A stretch of 64,000 bases of DNA, from NCBI RefSeq assembly GCF_006345805.1, contig NC_043012.1:55676001-55740000 (forward strand), given 5' to 3'. The notes below the pieces were generated by a model. It worked only from the letters and a program-made list of their open reading frames with translations, did no database searches and had not been told where the DNA came from. Below, piece by piece: positions 13,001 through 25,000 of this stretch (its first letter is position 1; every line of letters begins with the position of its first letter). The translations under genes were made by a program, and so were the position numbers. This stretch comes from Octopus sinensis (lineage: Eukaryota).

Positions 13001-16000
13001 GTAAAATATTGTTTTTACTTTATATCCAGAGGTACAATGCCACAAATACAAGAAGTGGGCATAATCAGTTGATTAAACTGACTGATATTAATTAGAATGG
13101 TATTTAAGGCAGCAAGCTGGCAGAATCGTTAGCATGCCAGGCAAAATGCTTAGTGACATATCTATCTTTACATACTGAGTTCAAATTCCACCAAGGTCGG
13201 TTTTGCCTTTCATCCTTTCAGGGTTGATAAAATGAGTAGCTGTTGAACATTGGGGTTGATATAATTGATTTACAACTTCCCTTGAAATTGCTGGCCTTGT
13301 GCCAGGTTTTGAAACCAATATTAGTGTGGTACTCAATTTTATTAAAGTGAGAAGTGTGTGCTGATGTTCTGAGTAAAGTTCTTAATCAACAGTAACCAAC
13401 ATATGGGAGCCTAGTTTAAATGTTAATTTAATGTCTGGGAAAAAAAAAAAATTTAAGTCACCAGAAGAAGATGGTGAAGTCACAGACCTAGCTGTGAAGT
13501 TGAGAATTTCAGATGACAACCACATGGTATGCAGTTGGATAGCCCACTTGCATGGTAGCTTCGACAAATGTCTAACTGAAGTCTAGAGTTGACCTATACC
13601 TTGTGTGTGAAATTTGGCTGACAGGAACTGTACACAATCTTCTGTGTGTGTGTGTGGGGGGGGGGATAAGCACTGCAATTTTTGCATGCATTGTGCTACA
13701 ATGATGTGTTTATATGCCACATAGTCAGGCAGCTTAGTGGCTCTATGTACAGAGATATGGAAATTAAATACCTAACTTGAAAACAAGGCTTGGAGTTAGA
13801 GAGCATCTGGCCATAGAATAATACAGCCTCTAGAAGTTTTATTCATATGGAAAATGTACACATAAAACTGACAAATGATGATGACTGTAGCAGATGCAAC
13901 ATCAAATGAATATTCAAAAGGAATTCATCTGGATTTCTGACTTTGGCATGGAGCCAAATAACTCTTATTTACAAGTTAATCAGAGGATGATGGGGTAGTG
14001 TATGAGCTTTACAGACCCCTTCCTTTCAGACAGGTGAGATTGATATTATATAGCTGATGTCTAGGTTTAATATCCTTAGGTCAGTGCAAAGAAGAGAAAA
14101 ATGTGAGAAGGGAGGGAACTTTGCAGTCATTTGACTCAAACTTGCAGTAGCAGTGATCTCTGCTTTAAAGGTTGGCCAGGATCTAGGATGGTGCTGTTTA
14201 AACTGAGCAATGCAGTAAGTCACAAGAAAAATGACCAGTCAATTGAATTACCCTGGTAAATTACTGGTATTCGTTTTATCAGCACAAGCGAAATTAAAGA
14301 CATAGCTTAGGACACAATGTAAGAAAGAATGCAATTCAGTATGGATTTCTAACAAGGTTTCGAATTTAAGGCAAGGGAACAGTTGATCATATATCCCAAT
14401 ACATGACTGGTACTGAATTTTATAATTCCTGGAAGAATGGAATGCGAAGTTGCTCAAGACAGAATTTGAACTGAGCATACAACACTAGAATAAATACTGC
14501 AAAGTATTTTTCTCCAACACTTAGTTCTGCAAATCCAGACAATTATAGCAACTTGCCCTCACCATGTTTGACCAATATTTTATTGACAATGGAAGGACAA
14601 AAAAAAGGCAACATCAGCCTCCTACCATGACAACCATTAGTAGGATTTGAACACAGAATCAGAGGAATTACAAGACATTTAGTCCAAAACTACCATTTCT
14701 GACACATCAACACCATATTGAAAGTATTTCTCATCGAAACATTTTACTACATGTTCACAGTTATACGTACGCATACACACAGACACACACACAGTCGTGA
14801 ATTAGTGCTCAACATTGCATTGGTGAATAAATATTCTCTATTTGTGAGTTGGCAAGGCTACCATTGGTTTCATGCAGAAATTCTCAGCAGTTACCAAGCC
14901 AGCCACATTGAATGTTGGTACTAGTCTCCATCTTGGATGAGAATACACACACACACACACACTATAAAATCAACTAAAACTATAAAACTATGAGGTACTT
15001 ACTCTGAAAGGACTTTTTGGTATGTTTACACCACCATATGAAATCAACACAACATGCTTGACATTCTTCAAAGGCTTGTATTTACAAGTGTAAGTACCAT
15101 CCTTGTTGTCTTTGATATCAACTTTAACGGGATTACCATCGGCGTCATGGCAAATAATGTCCAGTTGAGCCTTCCCAGCTTTCTTGGCATCAACAGTAAA
15201 TTCAGTCATCTGCTGAACTTGGACCCCAGTTTCCTGTAAGCCAGGCCCAAATGCAACCACCTAAAAAATAAAATCATTTAGTTTTTAATTTATTTTACAA
15301 AATGTGTGTTAATTGGAAAATTTATTCAGTGTTAGACAATCAGGAAGGGTGGCATCTGATTTTTACTAAAGCTTCCGAGATTAGTTTCCTTACAATAGGA
15401 CCCTAGTCTGAATGCTACAACAGAGTGAACACTGCCAAAAGGTCCCTAATAATCAATCACCACCATTGAATGTGACTATACTGAAACCTATTGGATGGAT
15501 TGTACCCAAATTTGTATTTCTGAATTTATTACATACACTGTCTACATTAAACTAGTGTCTTCATCTTGATTGTTGCTTTCTTTACATTTTGGCTCTGTAC
15601 ACACCACTTTTCTTCAGGTGTCTTGTGATTCACTAAGGTGAAGTTTCAGTACAGTTTTCATCTACCTAATTTCAATCACAAGCTTCAGGTTAATCCAAAA
15701 TTATGGTAGAAAACACTTGGCTAAGGTATTATGCAGTGGACTCCAACCTATTATTGCAAAGGGAACTTATTAACCAGTAATTAACCAAAGTATATCAGAA
15801 AATTGTAAACTTCAGTTCCTCATAGAACCTTCTCAGAAGGGAATACACTATCCACAAAGTTATGGATTCTTCTATAGTTGAATGTTACTTATCCCTAGAT
15901 TAGTCCAAACTGAGCAAACCTAGAACCAGAAGCATTCGCACCCTGGCCTCTTGTTTAATCCACACTAAAGTGTGATTCGAGGCAGACTTGACTGCTGTTC

Positions 16001-19000
16001 TTAGTAGGTTGAGTAACCATCTAGAACTGTAGTTTCCATCCTTTTTAATATCCAGACCAGGTCCAAAATTTGGATTTTATTTAGAGGTCTGCACCAAAAA
16101 CAGGTCAAAAAAAAAATTTGTATAGAGAAGACCTTCAAGGGTCACATGTGGCCCTGAGAGGCATGGTCGAGAACCGCTGATCCAAAGGGTCCCTCTTTGG
16201 CTCATTTCCCTAATACACAGCTAGTAACCAGCATAACGTACGAACAGTAAAGCTGATTGAGAACAATAAGGAACTGCTATGAAGAGAAATTTTTGAGCCA
16301 TTTCCAACATTTCAAAGCATTTAACAACTGTATGTATTGAATTAGTGTTGGGTTAAGGATCTTAGCTAGATATCATTGCATCAAGATAAGAACCAGATGT
16401 GACTTACTACACTTGATAAGACCTGTCAAGCTAAGTAAGATCGCTGCCTCCCACACAGGCTTGTCCCTTCAGGTGGTGGTGCCACTTAGAAAGCACCTGT
16501 GCTGGTGTTGCATAAACACACCCATGACTGTGACACATAAAAAGCACCCAGCATACTTAAGTGGTCGGCATTAGGAAGGGAATCAAGCTATAGAAACCAT
16601 GCCAAAACAGACATGGAACCTGAACAGCCCTTCAGCTGGTCACCCCACTGTCAAACCGTCCAACCCATGCCAGCATGGAAAAAAAGATGTTAAATGAGGA
16701 AAATGTCTCACCTTGAGAGGATCAAAGTCCTTAGTAGCTGGTTGAATCTGGGCCATATATGGAGATTTAGGAATATCTTCTTCATTACAATGAATGTGGA
16801 CTGCATATTCTCCTGGGGCTGTTGGCCAATAAGTGATATCAGCTGTTCCATCACCATTATCTTTGCAGTCAATTTTGGCCTGGGAAGGACCTTCAATTGA
16901 AAAACCTGTCCAAAACAAATATAAAAGGCTTCAGTACTTGGGTTTAATTGAACAGAGTACATTATATGAACCCTTATCTGAGAAATAAATGCATACGCGT
17001 CTTCGTTAATTGCAATGTTAATGAGCTAATTATATATGCATATAGTGTTAGGAGTTAACATTGAGCTTGATTACCAACTTCAAAATGACAAAATTATTTT
17101 TTTTTTAATCTTTCAATTCTAACAAATAAGAAAATGAAATATGTCAAAATGCAAGAAGTTAAAGTGAAACCATCAAGAAATCAATTATGATTGGATTAAC
17201 AGTTCCAAAAAATGTTGTAAGCAACAGAAGAAAGACAATGTAATATAGCAAAAGAGGAAATCTAAGAGAATGACCAAAATATAGTAGCTCTAAAGGTTAT
17301 ATTTATTACAATATACCATCTGAAGAGGTCTAGCTGTACTCGAGACATTGTGACCTCAATTCAGCTAATAGACAGAATGGTCAATAACTTCACAATCCTA
17401 ATAGTTATGATGCTGTGTAACACAAGTGACTCATTTGTCTATATTGTGGGGCCTACTTGTCTCTTTGAAATCCAATACTATCACCAAACCTCCTTCAAGA
17501 TCTGACCCTCCTGGAAATCCCACCTACCCACTTACAACCCAATTTTTGCAGGCCTGTACAACCCCTTACTGCAGATCAACCAATTAAAAAGTTAGATCAT
17601 TACTTGCTCTATCTAGTTCGTTAATCAAAACTATTCTATTTACCATTTAATCAGTTTTAAAATGACATCAGTATTTGAGGGTCATCATCATCATCGTTTA
17701 ACGTCCGCTTTCCATGCTAGCATGGGTTGGACAATTTGACTGAGGACTGGCAAACCAGATGGCTGCACCAGGCTCCAGTCTTGATCTGGCAGAGATTCTA
17801 CAGCTGGATGCCCTTCCTAATGCCAACCACTCCGAGAGTGTAGTGGGTGCTTTTACGTGCCACCAGCATGAGGGCCAGTCAGGTGGTACTGGCAACGGCC
17901 ATGCTCAAATGGTGTTTTTTACGTGCCACCTGCACAGGAGCGAGTCCAGTGGCACTGGCAACGACCTCGAAAAAATTTATAGATCTATGGTAAGCTATAG
18001 TATTTGGTAAAAAAAACTGAACATGCTAGGATTTCTTTCCCTCATCTATCAAAATGTATTTTTTCTTGAGTAAAAATATAGTTGAGAGATATAATATTCT
18101 TATGAGCATTAATAAAAGCCACAAGTTAGAGTATTCAAGAGAGACAACTGTGCAAGTATGGACATGGGATGAAAATTGGAAAAGGGACAGGTGAGAAAGG
18201 ATTGTAAAGGAACCAGGTTAGGAGACAACTTTGGAGACACAGAAATTGTGGTCAAAGTTCCAGATTTTTAGGGCTTTCGAAAAAGAAAAAAAATGGTGTC
18301 ATACAAGTCATGACCCAATATATATTACAGAAATTTTTTGCAATATTACCAACCAATCCTACATAGAAAAGAAAAAATAAAAGGGCAAAAAAGAAAAGGG
18401 TAAGAAAAAAAAATGAGAATCATGCCAGAATAAAAAATTATAAAGAAATAAAAATTTCATGTACCTAATGCTCCTGTTTCGCCATGGGTTTCCACAACAA
18501 ATGTTGCTGGTTTGCCGACCATTCCGCCGTGCAAGCCAGGACCATATGCTATAATCTTAGACAACTTGAATGGACCGACTTCAACCTTGAATGGACTCTT
18601 GGGGATGTGTTGGCCACCAAAAGTGACATTGATAGTGTAAGTACCAGGCTGTTTTGGGGTGTAAACACACTCGTAAGTTGTTGGATCAAGTTTCTTAATA
18701 CTAACCGGTTCATTTGCATTGCCTGGTAAAAGAAAAATGAATCTAATATTTAGCTGACATTTTAAAATTAAAATAATGTTAAAAAGAATTAGCATGTAAT
18801 AAAGATAAGTGTTTAAAATAAAACAGATTCTAAAAAAGTTGCAATAGAAATTTTAAACATTACCAAAAACAAAATTGGCACAGTGCTTTGTGTTCTTGGG
18901 CAAAACACTTTATTTTACATTGTTCCAGTTTATTATGGAAATGAGTAACTTTGCAATGGACTGGCATCCTCTTCAGGCAAAACATGAAGATCTCAGTCAG

Positions 19001-22000
19001 CCAGTCATATAACATGGAAACAATAACTGGCCCTACGAGTCCTAGGACTTTAGTTACTCATGCTATAAAAATGAAATAACTAGCCCTACAGATCTTGGGG
19101 CTCTAGAGTAATTTTCAGAGGTTATTGATGAGGACCATCATCAGGATACCAAGACAAGTTATTGCCAATTCACAATTTTCCAAATACTAATTTGTTAGAG
19201 ACTAGCCACAGGTCAACCTTACTGGAGCAGTCAAGAATCCCAGTCATGAAGACATGATCATCTTGTCCTTTTCTCAGGCACAGCATATCTTGGACTACAT
19301 ATAATGTAGCCCTTTCAAGACATTAGGTTATAAGAGATTTGGTTGTTATTTCTAGCAGATTAAAGGACCAATTTTTTAAAATCTTCCAATTCATTAGTAC
19401 ATTTAAAAGATTACAGAAGTTTGATAATTAGGGTGTGAGGACTAGTGGTTAGGATGTAGGTTCAATTTCTGTATCAAGTAGCACTGTCTTTGAGGAAGGA
19501 ACTTCATTTAACATTGGTCCAGTATCCTCAGCTGATAATGAAGACCAGACAGGTCTTGGTCAAGCCCTCTCTCCCCTTGAGAATCTGTCCTAGCCATTCT
19601 GGCTTCCTGAAAACTTAAAATGATTTTAAAAAAACGAAAAGAAAAGAAAAAAAATTACCTGGTCCAGTGATAGTAACTTTCATATCTCCATCACCAGCTC
19701 CTTTAGTATATACCTTGAAATCAGCATTGTCTTTCACTCTAATACCTTTAGGTTGGATTCCACGACCAGTTGCATAACATTTCTTTGCATTTGATGCTAT
19801 TAAATTTAAGAAAGAAAAAATAACAGTTAAAATATATATTTCTTTTAATCATTTCTTCAATGTATCTTCAAAGGCAAAATTATTTTAGTTGCTGTTGGCA
19901 TTGTTACAAAAAGAAGGAAAAAAAAATAACTCACCAGTAGAAATAGTAACCGAAATAGGGGATCGTGGAATAGGTTGTCCACAAAAGACAATGCTAATTG
20001 TATGGACTCCAGGCACTTTAGGTGTATATTCTACATGGTAAGTACCATCAGGCTGACGTGTCATCTTGGGCTTGATAGCATTTTGATTACCAGAGGGATC
20101 TGTGATGACAACACCCACTGGACCTTCTCCAGCATCTATCAAAGAGGACAAAAGTTATTGAGATATAAGTACAATATTTTGTGATTGGATATATCTAAAT
20201 TTTCTTTTATTTCTAAAATATTTAAGAAAATTTCCAGTAAAATTTTTGAAGGAATATTTCCAAACAAAATTTAAAGAGGAAATTTCAATGAAAATGTTTG
20301 AAGTAAAATGTTTTGTAAAGATAGAAAAACAATTTGAAGGTGGCAAGGAAGAAAAAAAAACTTACCTTTCAGAGAAATGGTAAAGTGAGTCACTACGCTC
20401 ACAACATTTCCTGGTTCCAGACCAGGACCAGCTGCTTTGACCTTTGAGGGATCTCCAGCAGGAGCAGAAACTGCAACCGGAAACGGACTCTTAGGAATTT
20501 CCTTGCCTGAGTATTTGATGATTACCTTGTAACTCCCTTCAACTTTAGGAGTGTACGTACAAGTGTACGTGAGGTGTTTGTCTTGGTTGAAAACAACCTC
20601 ACACTGAAAAGAGGAAAAGAGGAACAATAAAACCATTAATCAGAACAAAAAAAATGCATAGTAAAAGGAAAAAAAAAAAACTTAATTTTAATCTTATGAA
20701 ATTAAATAACATTTTTAACTATTACTACTGATTTTCAATAATGTCCTTTTGATTTAAAAAATATAAGCATACAGACATGGCTGTGTGGTTAAGAGCTTTG
20801 CATCCCAATCCTGTAGCATCAGGTTCAATCACTCAGTGCATCCCCTTGACCAAGTGTCATTTATAGTGTCAAGTTAACCAAGTGAATGGATTTATGAATG
20901 GATTTGATAAACAGAAACCGAAAGAAGCTCATGTGTTTTCTTCATTATCACAATAGTTGTAAATGAGTTACTGTCATATGAGTGGTGTTTGTTTCCAATC
21001 TTTCATGTCCAGCCATGGGGAAAATAATACTCTACATGGAAACTGGTAGGGAGCAGTGATAGGAAGAATATTCAACCATAGAAAATTTGCCTCAATAGAC
21101 ATCACCTACACCATGCAAGCACAGAAAAGTTAGAATGTAGAGTTTGATTTTGTATGTATAAAAAAACAAATAATAATAATAATGGTTTCGAATTTTGGCA
21201 CAAGCCCAGCAGTTTTTGGGGGAAGGGCTAAATTGATTACATTGACCCTAGTACTGGGCTGGTACTTTTATTGATCCTGGAAAGTTGACTGCAGAATTTT
21301 AACTCTGAACGTAATGATGGATGAAATGCCACCAAGCATTTGGTTCAGAGTGCTGAGGATTCTGCCAGCTTGCCACCTTAATAATAGTAGTAATGATAAA
21401 TGTAATTGTAATAGTAAGTGTAACAGTAATAATAAGTGTAACAGTAATAATAATAGTATAACAGTAATAATAAAAAGTTCTACTCACTGGCTCCTTCTGA
21501 CCCTTGGGATTGAGGACAAGTGGTTCAAGAGTTCCTTGTCCAGCACTAAATGTCTCCACAGTAAACGACGTCTTGGCTCCTTTCGTGTTACCAGTAGGTT
21601 CGATACCAGGACCATAGGCACGCACCCGATTGGGGTTAAGACGAGGCCTAAGGGGAGCTTGAGGATTCAGTTTGCAGTTGGGGAACTGGGATAGATACGT
21701 CATCATACTCATTTCATCAATCTTCGGGTTGTTCATTTCTGCTGGTTTAATTAGCTGTAGATGAACAGAGAATAAACAAAACATGCGTGAAGATTTTTAC
21801 TGAAGATTTTATAGTATTACAAATCCTTTTTACACCAGAAAATTTACAATAATCTAAAATTTCAGAGATGCATTGTTCTGCACGTTGTTTGATCCGAGAC
21901 TGTGTTGAAACTGTAACAATTACTCCATGGAAAACACAGTTAAGAAAAAAAAAAAAAATTAAAAAAAAAAAAAAACCTAATTTCCTTTAAACATTGGTAT

Positions 22001-25000
22001 CAAAATTTTTGCTGCACTAACTGAGACCAGGTCATTGATGCAGTTCTACAGTTGCAGTTAGTGCAATGGAAATTTTGACACCAAAATAGTAAATGTTTAA
22101 GTTACCATTCTTTGGTCTGTTTCTGAATTATTATGTCTTCAAACACTGTAGTAATTTTAAAATTTTACACAATGTAAACCTCAAATTTCCCAATTCAAAA
22201 TTTTCAGAAATTCAAATCTGACCATACATATTGGTGTTTAAAATAACTGATTGGTAAGATGATAACTCCACAATGCTCTATTTTATTATGTAACTAGCAG
22301 TATCGCCCGGCATTGCTCAGGTTTGTAAGGGAAATAACTATAAAGCATTTTTAGAGAGTTATAGCCCAAAAATAGCAAAAAAAAATGGGGAAAAAATTAT
22401 GGTAAATTTTTTTTGAGAGTAAAAAAAAGGTCGAGTTGCGTCCCCTAGACAGTCTGTGGTTTGTGTTTCAGATTCTCGACCCCATGTTGAATTTATCGAT
22501 TTTTTTTCAGAACTGGGGGAACTTTTCAAAATTTTCGCTGCGTTAGTTTTGAATTATGACATTGGGCTATGTGTATGTCAAGTTTCATCAGAATCGGTTG
22601 AAAGCAGCCTTCTGACCCTTGGGATTGAGGACAAGTGGTTCAAGAGTTCCTTGTCCAGCACTAAATGTCTCCACAGTAAACGACGTCTTGGCTCCTTTCG
22701 TGTTACCAGTAGGTTCGATACCAGGACCATAGGAACGCACCCGATTGGGGTTAACGGGGCCTAAGGGGAGCTTGAGGATTCAGTTTGCGGTTGGGGAACT
22801 GGGATAGATACGTCATCATACTCATTTCATCAATCTTCGGGTTGTTCATTTCTTCTGGTTTAATTAGCTGTAGATGAACAGAGAATAAACAAAACATGCG
22901 TGAAGATTTTTACTGAAGATTTTATAGTATTACAAATCCTTTTTACACCAGAAAATTTACAATAATCTAAAATTTCAGAGATGCATTGTTCTGCACGTTG
23001 TTTGATCCGAGACTGTGTTGAAACTGTAACAATTACTCCATGGAAAACACAGTTAAGAAAAAAATTAAATTAAATTAAAAAAAAAAAAACCTAATTTCCC
23101 TTAAACATTTGGTATCAAAATTTTTGCTACACCAACTGAGGTCATTGATGCAGTTCTACATTTGCAGTTAGTGCAATGGAAATTTTGACACCAAAATAGT
23201 AAATGTTTAAGTTACCATTCTTTGGTCTGTTTCTGAATTATTATGATAATAATAATAATAATAATAATAATAATTGTGTAAAGTGCTCAGGTGCACTACA
23301 ACTCATCTAAAGTGTATATATAATCAGGTGTAGTTTCGGCGGATTTCGGAAAGCATGAGGGCCTTAAAGGATGCAGTGTCATGGCAGTCAACAACTGACG
23401 CAGGCAGTTTATTCCAAGTTTCAGCAACTCTGAGCGTGAAAAAATGTTTCCGAAAGTCATGGGAGCTGTGTTGTTTTCTGACTTTGTAGGCATGTCCACG
23501 TGTGTTAGACACATGGAGATCAAAAAGGTGTTCAGTGTTGTTGTTGGTGAGGTGGTTGATAACTTTGTGGGTGTTTACCAAGTCCGTCGCCAGATGCCGG
23601 AGCTTCAGTGAATCCATGCCCAGGGAAACAAGGCGCTCAGAATATGGTAGGTGTCTGATGGAGGGTATGCGTTTGGTTGCACGTCTCTGGACAGATTCCA
23701 GGAGGTCAATGTTCTGAGCAAGATAGGGGTTCCAAACTGATGATGTGAATTCCAAGTGTGGTCGTACCATAGCTGTATACAGTTTTAAATAGATGGCTGG
23801 AGAGCGGCTAACAAAAGTCTTGCTGAGTGATGCCAAGACACCCTCGGCCATAGAGATATGCTTTGTCCAACGCAAATCACTGCTGACAGTGATGCCTAGG
23901 TCACGCTCGCAAGAGGATTTCTTGATATTAGTGTTGTGGAGGGAGTATGTGGACGCAGGGTTTTTTCTCCCAAAATGCATGGTGGTACACTTGTCCACAG
24001 CCAGTTTCAGTTGCCAGTCTGTGATCCATTGCTGCATTGTGTCTAGGTCTGATTGCAGGAAAGAGTTGTAGACATCAGGATCTGTCCTCTTGATTTCAAG
24101 GTACAGCTTGATGTCGTCTGCATATTTCAATACTGTGGCATTCTTTAAATTGGCATCTATGTCATTAATGTATGCCACAAACAAGAGGGGACCAAGGACA
24201 GATCCCTGTGGTACACCCGATGACATCTCATATGGTGTAGAGTGCTGTCCTAGAACTGTGACTACCTCCTTTCGGCTGAGGATGAAGGATTTCAACCAGT
24301 TAAAAAGGTCATCCCCCACACCCATTGCAGAGAGTTTCACCATAAGCCTTTTGTGTGGCACAGAGTTGAAAGCCTTAGCAAAGTCAAGGTAGACAACATC
24401 CACCCATGAGCCACTGTCAGTGATCTGAGTAATGTCCTCAAGGAACTCGACAAGCTGATCACTGCAGCTGGAGTTATGTCTTCAACACTGTAGTAATTTT
24501 AAAATTTTACACAATGTAAACCTCAAATTTCCCAATTCAAAATTTTCAGAAATTCAAATCTGACCATATATATTGGTGTTTAAAATAACTGATTGGTAAG
24601 ATGATAACTCCACAATGCCCTATTTTATTATGTAATACATATCATATCAAAACACTTTTCACATTTCTCATAGTTTTTTCTTTCTTTTTTTTTTTTTTCT
24701 TTTTAAGTTTTATTTTTATTACATGGATCACTTTGCAGGTACAAAGTTCACAGCAGATACTTTCCTGTAATTTAAGAATGAGGTTTTTTTTTCTGCCTGC
24801 AAGAGATGAGCCACAAAAGCTGTTCACGTTTAAAACAATCCTCAGCTAATTAATATCCAGTCCAGTCCTGAGCAACACAGGCATTTGATCAAAGGTATTC
24901 TAATCATGACCAACACATCTTTTTTGTCTATTCAATGTAGCCTTCATTTTCGAAAAAGAAAAAAGTACGACTCATGACCTGGTTGTTATTTCTATCAAGT

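Larger units (their letters stand above)
21493..24635. repeat. Direct tandem segmental duplication of about 800 bp (copy A 21493-22293; copy B 22608-24635, interrupted by a LINE)
   Basis: Exon and intron sequence align base for base with scattered substitutions and small indels; both copies end at TTTTATTATGTAA. Confidence 0.92.
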
